A stretch of DNA of 64,000 nucleotides from contig CAVYBH010000007.1 in the NCBI GenBank assembly GCA_963766715.1, forward strand, positions 32,001 through 96,000, read 5' to 3'. The first letter of the stretch is position 1. Each line of letters begins with the position of its first letter. The position numbers and the translations under genes were made by a program. The notes under the pieces were generated by a model, which was given only the letters and a program-made list of their open reading frames with translations, was not told the origin of the DNA and searched no databases. Source of the stretch: an uncultured delta proteobacterium (GTDB lineage: Bacteria; Myxococcota; Myxococcia; Myxococcales; Anaeromyxobacteraceae). Shown here one piece after another: positions 1 to 11,934 of this stretch.

Positions 1-306
1 CGCCGCTGCTGCCGCGGCCTCTTCTTCCTCGGCGTGGTTCACGCGGTCGCGGAGTTCCTTGCCCGTCCGGAAGAGGATGCCTCGCTTGGGACGGACCGGG
101 ATCACCTCGCCGGTCTTGGGATTGCGCCCCTGGTAGCCCTCGTAGTGCTTGACGTGGAACGCGCCAAGTCCGCGGATTTCGATGTTCTCACCCTTGCAGA
201 GGGCGTCCTTCATCGACTCGAAGATGGTCTCGATGGTCAGCTCGGCTTGCTTCTGCGTGACGCCGCGCTTCACCACGAGGATGTTGATGAGGTCCGACTT
301 CAGCAT
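1..306 (-). CDS. Integration host factor beta / HU-family DNA-binding protein (3' end runs off the window)
   Basis: Not in the ORF track (no stop inside window). Manual translation from ATG at 306: MLKSDLINILVVKRGVTQKQAELTIETIFESMKDALCKGENIEIRGLGAFHVKHYEGYQGRNPKTGEVIPV..., with the HU/IHF IRGLGxF and GRNPKTGE motifs. Confidence 0.9.
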   Translation of the reverse strand, partial: MLKSDLINILVVKRGVTQKQAELTIETIFESMKDALCKGENIEIRGLGAFHVKHYEGYQGRNPKTGEVIPVRPKRGILFRTGKELRDRVNHAEEEEAAAAAA

Positions 307-354
307 GGAGGTGCTCCGCATGTCCGATCGAGTCCCTTTGCGAAAACGGTGCGA

Positions 355-383
355 AGCCTAGCCGAGCCGAGGAAATTCGGCAA
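355..383 (-). promoter_or_regulatory. Putative sigma70 promoter of the IHF/HU gene
   Basis: Minus strand TTGCCG-17 bp-TAGGCT about 50 bp upstream of the ATG. Confidence 0.55.
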
Positions 384-386
384 CCT

Positions 387-1679
387 TTATGAGGGGATGC
401 GAGCCACCGACCCGCCCGCGACCCTGTCTCCGGTTCCCGCGCGGGCCGGCTTTCCCGGCCGCATGGCCTGGCAGAGGTCCTGGATGGTCGTCCCGGACAG
501 GCGTTCGACCGCAGCCCCCTCCCCTTCCGCCAGCAGGATCGCGAGCTTGGCCGCCGTTGGCTCGATCGGCGCGCGCGGCGCGGGCCCGGCGATGACCCGG
601 CGGACGTCCGCCATCGAGATCTGGTCGAGCGGGTGCGCCGGGGTGAGGCGGCCGTCGTCCGATTCCGCCAGGAATCCGGCCTCCTCCAGCACCGCGAGGA
701 CGTCGCGAACGGGCTCGGCCGGCGCGTCGAGCCGGTCGGCCACCTCTCCGGCGTCGGGCGCCTGCGCCCCGTCCCACCAGGCGAGGGCGACCTCGACGAG
801 CGCGCGCACGGCGAGCAGCTCCCGGCCCATGGCGTTGCCTTCTTCCTTCTCCATCAGGGCGCGGTGGTGCTGGAACACGAACGCCAGCCGCGCGCCGAAG
901 AGGAAGATGGTCCAGGAGAGGTTGAGCCAGAGCAGGAAGACGAAGATGGCCGCGATCGAGCCGTACACCGCCTGGAACCGGAACAGGTGGGACGCCGCCC
1001 AGGCGTAGCCCGACTTCGCGAGCTCGAAGGCCACGGCCGCCACCACGCCGCCGCCCAGGGCCGGGAGGAATCGGACGCGCGTGGCGGGGAGCACGAGGTA
1101 GGCGGCGACGAAGAAGGCGAGGGTCAGCCCGGCGCCGGCCGCCTGCCCGAGGAGCCACGGCCCGCCCAGGCGGTCGTGCGCGTCGAGGGCGATGGCGATC
1201 GAGCCCGCCACGGCAATCGGGCCCAGCGTGAGCGCCGCCCAGTAGGTCAGCCAGCGCTGGAGCCGGGGGCGCCGGCGGCGCACCGACCAGATGTCGTTCA
1301 CCGCGTGCTCGATCTGGGCGAGCAGCATCACCGCGGAGACGAGCAGCAGGACGAAGCCGAGCAGGCCGGGCGTGGCGGCCGAGGGCCCGAACACGTACTC
1401 GTCGAGGTAGGCCGGGACCTTGTCCCGGGCGCCGACGGACAGGTTCGAGACCAGGAAGTCCTGGATGCGCTGCCGGACGCGGTCGAGGTCCGGGAACGAG
1501 CGGACCATCGAGACCGCGACCATCAACGCGGGCAGCAGCGAGAAGATCGAGATGTAGGTGAGGGCCATGGCCCGGAGCTTCAGGCCATCTCCCTTGAAGG
1601 CGGCGAGGCCGGCCCGGAGCGCGGCGAGTACGCGCCGTCCTCGGGACCCGGCCTCGGGCCGCTCGCCATCCGCAGCCAT
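387..1679 (-). CDS. YihY/BrkB-family inner membrane protein with C-terminal Rrf2-like winged-helix domain
   Basis: ALTYISIFSLLP and YGSIAAIFVFLLWLNLSW YihY motifs, multiple TM helices; soluble C-terminus EVADRLDAPAEPVRDVLAVLEEAGFL...ISMADV resembles an HTH. Confidence 0.85.
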   Translation of the reverse strand: MAADGERPEAGSRGRRVLAALRAGLAAFKGDGLKLRAMALTYISIFSLLPALMVAVSMVRSFPDLDRVRQRIQDFLVSNLSVGARDKVPAYLDEYVFGPSAATPGLLGFVLLLVSAVMLLAQIEHAVNDIWSVRRRRPRLQRWLTYWAALTLGPIAVAGSIAIALDAHDRLGGPWLLGQAAGAGLTLAFFVAAYLVLPATRVRFLPALGGGVVAAVAFELAKSGYAWAASHLFRFQAVYGSIAAIFVFLLWLNLSWTIFLFGARLAFVFQHHRALMEKEEGNAMGRELLAVRALVEVALAWWDGAQAPDAGEVADRLDAPAEPVRDVLAVLEEAGFLAESDDGRLTPAHPLDQISMADVRRVIAGPAPRAPIEPTAAKLAILLAEGEGAAVERLSGTTIQDLCQAMRPGKPARAGTGDRVAGGSVARIPS

Positions 1680-1685
1680 GGCGGT

Positions 1686-4142
1686 CTAGGCGGGTTCCCC
1701 CGCGGGGGGTTTCGCCGATTCCTCGCGGGGCGCGTTCCCGCCGGCGTTCCCGCCGCCGCGGTCACCGCCACGTTCCGCCACCGCCACCGCCGCCGCCACC
1801 GCCGCCACCGCCGCCGCCGCCACCGCGACCGCCGCGATCACGCCGGCCGCGACCCTACGTGGCCCCCCGTCCCTGCCTTCGCGACCCGGATGTCCTTCGC
1901 GCCCCTCTCGAGGCTCCCGCCCCTCGCGTCCAGCCTCGCGAGCCTCGCCACCCTCGGCCCGCTCCTGGCGGCCGTAGATGTCGAACTGCTCCTGGTGGTA
2001 GCCGGACTGCGGCTTCACCTGGATGGTCTTGTTGAACCGGTCCATGAGGTACCGGAGCTCGTCCCTCTCGGCTCCCTGGACGATGCGGGCCACCTCGGGG
2101 TGGCAGTTCACGACCATCACCGGTTCGTGGAAGCTCGGCGCGTCGCGCCGGATCTCCCGGAAGATCTCGTAGGCCACGGTGACGCGGGAGCGGATGTGCC
2201 CCTTGCCGTCGCAGTAGCTGCAGGACTCGGTGGTCATGCGGGTGATCGACTCCCGCACGCGCTTGCGCGTCATCTCCACCAGTCCCAGCTCGGAGATCTT
2301 GAGGACGTTGGTCTTGGCCTTGTCGCGCCCCAGGGCGTCCTGCAGGGACTTGAAGACCTTGTCCCGGTTCTGGGGTTTGTCCATGTCGATGAAGTCGATG
2401 ATGATGATGCCGCCGATGTTGCGGAGCCGGAGCTGGTAGACGATCTCCTTGGCCGCCTCGACGTTGATCTTGGTGATGGTCTCCTCGAGGCTCTTCTTGC
2501 CGACGTAGCGCCCGGAGTTGACGTCGATGGCGGTGAGCGCCTCGGCCTGGTCGATGATGATGTAGCCGCCGCTCTTCAGCCAGACCTTGCGCTGGCCGGC
2601 GCGCTTCAGCTCCTGCTCGATGCCGTAGGCGTCGAACACCGGCTCCTGGCCGGCGTAGAGCTCGATCTGCGACTCGAGGTGCGGGGCCTGCTCGCGCGCG
2701 AAGCGCAGGATGCGCTCGTGCTCGTCGCGGTCGTCGATGACCAGCTTGGAGACGTCGGAGGTGAAGAGATCGCGGGTGGCGCGGAGGATGAGGTCGAGGT
2801 CCGGGTGCAGGAGCGCCGGCGCCCCCACCTTGTCCTTCGTGCGGATGATCTCGTTCCACACCTGGATGAGGAACCGGATGTCGGCCTCGAGCTTCTGTCC
2901 CTCCACGCCGTCGGCGACGGTGCGGACGATGAAGCCGGTGCCCTCCGGGCGCATGCGGTCCACCAGCTCGCGCAGCCGCCGGCGCTCCCCGTCCCGCTCG
3001 ATCCGCCGCGAGATGCCGACGTGATCGACGGTGGGCATGAACACCAGGTGCCGGCCCGGGATGGAGATGTGGCTCGTGATCCGGGCGCCCTTCGTCCCGA
3101 TGGGATCCTTGGCGACCTGGACGATCACCTCCTGCCCTTCCTTGAGCAGGTCCTGGATGTTCTTCTGCTCGCGGGGGCGCCGCTCCTCGTCGCGCCTGTG
3201 GCCGTTGCGGCCCCGGCGCCCGTCCCGATCGCCGCCGCGGTCGCCGCCGCGGTCGCGCCGCGCTCGCCGCCACGGCCCTGCTCACGGCCCTTGCGCTCCC
3301 GATCGGCGCGGGCCTCGCGGGGAGCGGCCTCGGGCCGGGCGACAATCTGACCCGACGCCGGCGCCGCGACCGGCTCGACCGCGACCGCCGCGATCTCTCC
3401 GGGCTCGACCACCTGGGTGAGCGGAATGGGTGCGGCCGCCTCGCCGGCTGCCGGCTCCAGCGCGGCCGGGGACGGGACCTCGAGCGGTCCGGGCTGGCCG
3501 AGCAGTGCGGCCTCGGTCACGTCCGGCGCGCCCGGCACGTCGATGGACGGCAGGGGCTCGGTCTCGACCGCGGCCGGCGTCGCAGCCTCGGCCACCGGGG
3601 CGGCCTCCGCGGCGGGGGAAGCGGCCGGCGTGGACTCCGCCGCGGCTCCCTCGACCGGTGCACTCTCCGTCGGTGCGCTTTCGACCGTGGCGCCCTCGAC
3701 CGTGGCGCCCTCGACCGGCGCCCTCGACCGTGGCGCCCTCGACGGGGGCGCCTTCGGCCGGAGCGGCCTCGCCGGAGGGGGCCACCGGCGCCACGTCGCC
3801 GGCCAGCGCCTTCACCTCCTGCTCCTCCGCCTCCTGCTCGGTGGGAACGTCGGGCACTTCCTCGGCGTGCTCGCCCTCGGTGAGCTCGAACTCCTCGGAG
3901 AAGTCCGGGTCGCCGGTGACGTCGCCGACGTAGAGGAACGCGGCCTTCTCGAGGCCGATGTCCACGAAGGCGGCCTGCATGCCCGGGAGGACCCGGACCA
4001 CGCGCCCCTTGTAGATGTTGCCGACGATCCCCTTCTCGCGCTTTCGCTCGAGGTAGTACTCGTGGATCGTGTTGTTCTCGACCAGGGCCACGCGCGTCTC
4101 CGCGCCAGCCGCGTTGATCACCAGGATGCTGTTGCCTGCCAT
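1686..4142 (-). CDS. rne: Ribonuclease E/G (Rne/Rng family) with large disordered insert in the S1 domain; frameshifted in this assembly
   Basis: N-terminus GNIYKGRVVRVLPGMQAAFVDIG (ORF 3282-4142), Ala/Pro/Glu insert (ORF 3125-3595), then QVAKDPIGTKGAR, catalytic AIDVNSG and IDFIDM, Zn-link CSYCDG (ORF 1686-3128). Confidence 0.92.
3681..3753. repeat. Five tandem ~15-bp repeats (TCGACCGTGGCGCCC) encoding EGATV/EGAPV in the rne insert
   Basis: Units at 3681, 3696, 3711 (only 13 bp), 3724, 3739; the short unit coincides with a frameshift. Confidence 0.85.
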
Positions 4143-4330
4143 GTCGGACCTCGCATGCCGGGTCCAGACGCAGGGAGGGCGAGGCCCAGGAAGGGCCGCG
4201 AGCGCAGACGCCCCGGTGGAGCCGGAGGTCGCGGATCGCCTGTCGAGCCTGTGCTCAAGTTCGCATTCCCTGCGCCCGGTCGAGCCGCGGTGGTCGCGGC
4301 CCTCTCCCGAGCTCTCGAATTCGTTTCCTC

Positions 4331-6999
4331 TCAGGCGTCCGCGTAGCGCGGCAATCGCGGCTGGGAGCCGCCCGGCTTGTCGGCCGGCCGCGCGAAGCTG
4401 ACGCCTTCCTTCAGGACCTTGACTCCTCTGGGTGGCGTCCCGTCACCGAACACGGCTGCCAGCACCTCGGCTGGCTTGGCGCTTCCGGACGGGTCCGCCT
4501 TCAAGCTGAACGTGACGCCGCCGGTCCCTTCCATGGACAGGTGAGTCACCATCTCCTTCAAATCGATCTCCCTTGCCTTCGGTGCTGCAGATCTTTGGCT
4601 TCTCTTCTTCTCGCGGGCCTTGGGTGGGGCTTCTCTCAGCACCACCGATCGGTCCGCCGAATGAAAGTCGTCGATTCTCCGGGAGAGCGCCTCCGCGCTC
4701 CAACCCTCGGGGAATTGTACCCTGTAATGGACCGCGCGCACGGACTCGGACAGCGACGGGGCGCGCGCGTCAATCTCCCGGGCGTCCAGGAAGGTCAGTC
4801 CCTCCGGCAGCGCGGCGCCGAAGGCCACCCCCACCTGGGACGGGTCATGGAGACCCATCAGCTCCAAGTCCAGGAATTCCGCGGAACTGGCCACTCCGAC
4901 CGGGAGGGCCGGGCCGAACGAGACGCGCGGTTTCGGGTGATATCCCTGCGAGAAGGTGACCGGGAGACCGGCCCGGCGAACGGAGCGCAGGACGGCGTGC
5001 ATGACCTCCAGGTGTGACAGGGCGACCAGGCGCCCCTCCTTCGCGTACCGGATCCGGACGTGGGTCCGGACCGGCGTCTCGGGCGGACGCGGAGGAGGAG
5101 GCGGTGACTTCTCGTAGTCCTCGGGGAGGTAGACCCGGTTCTTCACCGCGTCGTAGTCGCAGGCGCCGCAGACGCTGCAGGGAGCCAGCACGCAGTCGGG
5201 GACCTCGGCCAGGTTGCGCGCCGCCGCGAGCTGCTTCTGTAGATACGTTTTTTCCACTCCGCAGTCGATCCGGTCCCAGGGGAGGACCTCGTCCATCCGG
5301 CGCCGCCGGTAGACGAACCACTCGAGGCCCGACGCCGTGCTCCTGCTCCATCCGGGCGAAGGCGGCCATCCACCTCGACTCGTCGAACCACTCCGACCAG
5401 CCGTCGAGCCGCTGCCCGTTCCGGAAGGCGTGGAGCACGGCCGCGCCGACCCGCCAATCGCCGAGCGCCAGCGCGCCCTCGATCGCGGCGGCCCGCGAGT
5501 CGTGCGGCTTGAAGGAGATGGCGCCGCTGCGTCCACCGAGCTCGGCCGAGATCAGCGCCTGCCGGCGCCGGGTCTCCTCCGGCGTGATCATCGGCTCCCA
5601 CTGGAACGGCGTGAACGGCTTGGGGACGAAGGTGCTGGCGCCCAGGTTGATGGCGACCGAGCCCTTCCCGGGCGGCAGGGCGCGCCGGGCGGCGGAGAGG
5701 GACCGCTTCGCCAGCTTCGCGATGGCCACGACGTCCTCGTCCCGCTCCTCGGGCAGCCCGATCATGAAGTAGAGCTTGAGGAGGGACCAGCCGTTCTTGA
5801 AGATCGACTCGACGGCGGTGAGGAGGTCCTCCTCCCGGTTGCCCTTGTTGATCACCGCGCGCATGCGTTCGGTGGCCGCCTCGGGAGCGAGCGTGAAGCC
5901 GGTCTTGCGGACGCGGGCAATCTTCTCGGCCAGCGCGTCGTTCATGGTCTCGGTGCGGAGCGACGGGAGCGAGAGGGACACCTTGTCCGACTCGTACCGG
6001 GAGAGGAAGTCGTCGAGCAGCGGATTCAGGCAGGCGTAGTCGCCGGAGGAGAGCGAGAGCAGCCCGACCTCCTCGTAGCCGGACGCCCGCAGCCCCTGCT
6101 CGGCCACGCGCAGGACGGTCGCCGGGCTGCGCTGCCGGGTGGGCCGCGTGATCATGCCCACCTGGCAGAAGCGGCACCCCCGCGTGCACCCCCGCTGCAG
6201 CTCGATGGGGAGGCGGTCGTGCACGGTCTGCATGAACGGGACGACCGGGCGCTCGTAGGCCGAGGTGGAGAGGGTGTCGATGTCGGCGACGACGCGCCGC
6301 ACCACCTTCTCGTAGCCGGGGAGCAAGGGCTCCATCGCCAGCAGCTCGCCGGTGGCGGCGTCGAAGCGAGGGCGGAAGAGCGACGGGACGTAGACGCCGG
6401 GCACCCGGGCGAGACGCGCGTGGAGGGCGTCGCGCTCCTCGCCCGCCGCGCGCCAGGCCAGCACGGCGTCGGCGATCTCGTGGACCACGTCCTCGCCGTC
6501 GCCCACCGCGAAGGCGTCGAAGAAGTCGGCCACCGGCTCGGGGTTGTAGGCGCAAGGACCGCCGCCCACCACGACCGGGTCGCGCCGCGATCGATCGCGG
6601 GAGAGGAGCGGGATGCCCGGAGAGGTCGAGCAGCGCGAGCGCGCTCGTGAAGGCGAGCTCCGACTGGAGGGTGATCCCGACCACGTCGAGGTCGCGCACC
6701 GGGGACCGGCTCTCCAGCGTGAAGAGCGGGTGCCCGTTGTCCCGGAGCATGCCCTCCATGTCCGGCCAGGGCAGGAAGACGCGCTCGCAGGCCACGTCCG
6801 CCCGGTCGTTCAGCGCGTGGTAGAGGAGGCGGAAGCCCAGGTTCGACATCCCGACCTCGTAGGTGTCGGGAAAGGCCAGCGCGAAGCGGAGGCGGACCTG
6901 GGCGGCGTCCTTGCGGATGCTGCCGAACTCGCAGCCCACGTAGCGGGACGGCTTCTGGGCCGCGAGGATGACCTCGTCGAGGGAGAGCGGTGTCGTCAT
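4331..6999 (-). CDS. B12-binding radical SAM protein (TIGR03960-like) fused to radical SAM-linked domain (TIGR03936/DUF2344-like); frameshifted
   Basis: KPSRYVGCE...FPDTYEVGMSNLG N-terminus, CxxxCxxC (GCTRGCRFCQ), FVPKPFTPFQW, C-terminal LSHLE...FSQGYHPKPRVSFGPALPVG. Frame changes near 6600 and 5330. Confidence 0.88.
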
Positions 7000-7125
7000 G
7001 TCGCCGGGCGGCGGGTTCGAACCGCCGGTTGCCCGTGGTGGAGGCCGCGCCTGCGGTCTCCCGGGGTCCCCGGGACTAGCACGCTGCGGCGGCGCGGGGC
7101 AAGCGGCCGAGGCCCCGCTTCCGGG

Positions 7126-9518
<2,393 letters not shown>

Positions 9519-10029
9519 TCAGAAGACCGTGGGACCGTCCGACCTCGCGTCGACAGGTCGGGGCGCGGCACGAAGGAGTGCCCCAGGCCCTCGTAGAACT
9601 GGGTCCGGATGTTGTGGTTTCCGTCCCCGTCGATGTCGCAGTCTCCGACCACCATGAGCAACTCGGGGACGAGCGTGTCGAAGACGACGAAGTGGTAGCT
9701 GCAGTAGGTGGCGCCCTCGACGATCAGCGGCAGCTGGTTCCAGCCGGCTCCCCGTCTGGAGCCACGGCGCGCTTCGTGGTCCCCGGACTGTTGTCGGGGT
9801 TGTAGGCGCCCGCCAGGGCGCCCACCGGCCCGGACGCGTTGAGCGTCACGTCCTCCACGCCCTTGGCGATGGCGCGCATGATGCTGTCCCGCTCGGCGAT
9901 ACGGGCCCGCAGCGTCATGTTCTGGAACTCGGGAATGGCGATGGAGGCCAGGATCCCGATGATGGCCACGACAATCATGAGCTCGATGAGGGTGAAGCCT
10001 CGTGCGTTCCTGCGGTTCGTCTTCTTCAT
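9519..10029 (-). CDS. Type IV pilin-like protein (orphan); frameshifted
   Basis: MKKTNRRNARG|FTLIELMIVVAIIGILASIAIP class III signal; after a shift near 9760 continues WNQLPLIVEGATYCSY...GDCDIDGDG. End at 9519 is inferred from a further shift near 9545. Confidence 0.8.
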
Positions 10030-11602
10030 GGTCTCGCTCCCTGCGTCGGCGCCTCGCCGCTCTTGTTCGACTCGGCCGGCTTGGCGCCCGCCGGTGACAC
10101 GACGAAGGTCCCGGGCATCACCTCCCGGACCTCGTTTCCCTTGGCTCGCTCCAGGTTCTTGAAGTTCTCGACCTCCTTGGGGTCGAGCTTCGCGCCGGCC
10201 GGGGCGACCACGATCTTGCCCTGGGGCACGACCGCTCCCACCGTTCCCGACGGCGCCCCGGTCACGGCCGGTGCAGCCGGCCGCGGGCGGTTCACGTATC
10301 GGTGCCCGTGGTAGGCGGCCGCGCCGGCGACGGCGAGGACGAGGACGATGATGAGTCCCCACGGCAGGCCGGAGCGCTCGTGCTCCCGGGCCGGCGCGGG
10401 GTGGACCATCCGCGTCACCGGAGCGGGCTCGGCCCGCTTCGCCTTGCGGCTGGTGGTGATCTCCTCCACCACGTCGGCCGGCAGCACCTGTTGCAGGGCC
10501 TCGGTCAGGTCGATGGCTTCCTTCACCAGGCCGTGCCGGACCATCTCCAGCGCCCGCAGCGCCTCGGGGCTGGCGTCGTCGCTCTCCGCCTTCAGCAGTC
10601 CGAGGACCTCGTCGATGCCCCCGAGGACCTGCTGGATGGCGGCCCGGTCGACCTGCGCTCCCTGGGCCGGAAGCGTGTCGAGCGCCGCGGCCACCTGCCA
10701 GCGCAGCCCGACGGCTCGCCGGACGGGAACGGGATCGAAGGGGAGCTTCTGGCCGAGCGTGGCGGCCTTCTCGGCGGTGGAGAGGCTGTTCACCACCTTC
10801 TCGGTGGTGGCGCGCAGGCGCTGCTCCGGCCACAGCCCGGAGAGCGCGGCGCGGACCACGGCCTGTCCGTCCACCGCGGAGAGCACGGTAGCGGGCCAGA
10901 CGGCGAGCGGCGCGGGCGGCGCGGACGGAGGCGGCGCGGACGGAGTCGACGCGGGCGGCGGCGAGCGCGGCGACGACCACCGGCGCATCGACGGCGCCCG
11001 CCTCGTCGAAGATGGCGTCGAAGGGGTCGGCGGGAAGGCGCGACGGCGGCGACGGGCCGCGACGGGGTGACCGCCGGGCGCGGCGAGGGAGTCATCACCG
11101 GACGTGGAGGCGGCGCGGACGGGGCCGGCGGAGTGGGAGACGGACGAACGGCGGCCCGGGCGGGCTGCGGCGTCAGGATGGGACCGGTCCGGCGCGGCGG
11201 GGGCGCGGGGGCGTCGCGCGCCGCGAGGACGCGTTGGGCGGCGTCGAGGATGGGCTGGACCTGGCCGCGCCACGCCACCACGGCGCTCGCCGACGCCGAG
11301 ATCTGGGCGATGTCGGCGGCGTGCTCCGGCGGCAGCGCCACCACCACGAGCAGGTCGGGTCCGATGGCGCCACGGAGCTCGGCGCAGAGCGACAGCCACT
11401 CGCGCCCCCCGTACTCGTAGACGAGCAGCCGCGCCCCGTCCTGGCAGAGCGCCGAGGCGAGGTGCGGCGAGTCGGCGACGCGTGGCGCGCCACCGAGACG
11501 ATCGGTGAACATCGGGAGCATGGCGTCGACGAACTCCGGGGAGCCGGCGACCACCGCCTCGTTGGGACCCAAACGACCTCCTTCCAGGACATCATAAGCC
11601 AC
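10026..11602 (-). CDS. Hypothetical membrane protein: degenerate receiver-like N-terminus, Pro-rich linker, helical domain, single TM; frameshifted near 11000-11040
   Basis: GTG at 11602 with upstream GAGG; joins ORFs 10790-11680 and 10026-11399; TM GLPWGLIIVLVLAVAGAAAY; stop overlaps the pilin ATG. Confidence 0.65.
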
Positions 11603-11804
11603 ACGGGCCGTTCCACCTCGCGGCCGCCCGCACCGTGAACATGGCACAAGGTGTGTGCACGCATCTTCCCCCACATGCACCTCTACGCTCCAGGTGAAAT
11701 CCGTCCCCGGACGCGCTCGCGTCGCGCCTCCCGGCGCAGCCTCCGCACCGGGCCGCGCGGCGCGCGGCCGCCTCGCGGCGTGCCGACCCGCACCCCGCGC
11801 GAGG

Positions 11805-11833
11805 TTGACAGCGCGCCCGGCGGCCTTTAGCTT
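11805..11833 (+). promoter_or_regulatory. Putative sigma70 promoter of rho
   Basis: TTGACA-17 bp-TAGCTT. Confidence 0.7.
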
Positions 11834-11934
11834 GACGGCCGGGTGGCGATTCCCGCTGCCCGCTTCCGCGAAACCGCGCCATCCTTCCTCCGGGCTCCTG
11901 CCCGCCGGCGCTCCCGTTCCGACCCATCCCGACC

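Noticed and set aside
34..1008. Plus-strand ORF and the many other long antisense ORFs (633-3350, 17279-21505, 57279-61001)
   Set aside because: Shadow ORFs of real opposite-strand genes caused by high GC3; no recognisable motifs.
3681..3753. Short direct repeats as a possible CRISPR array or phase-variation locus
   Set aside because: 15-bp tandem units without spacers, coding for a low-complexity linker; no cas genes. The short unit is best explained by loss of bases in a G run.
11642..11660. TGGCAC as a sigma54 promoter between the divergent genes
   Set aside because: The -12 position reads GTGT rather than TTGC; spacing to the next GC is wrong.
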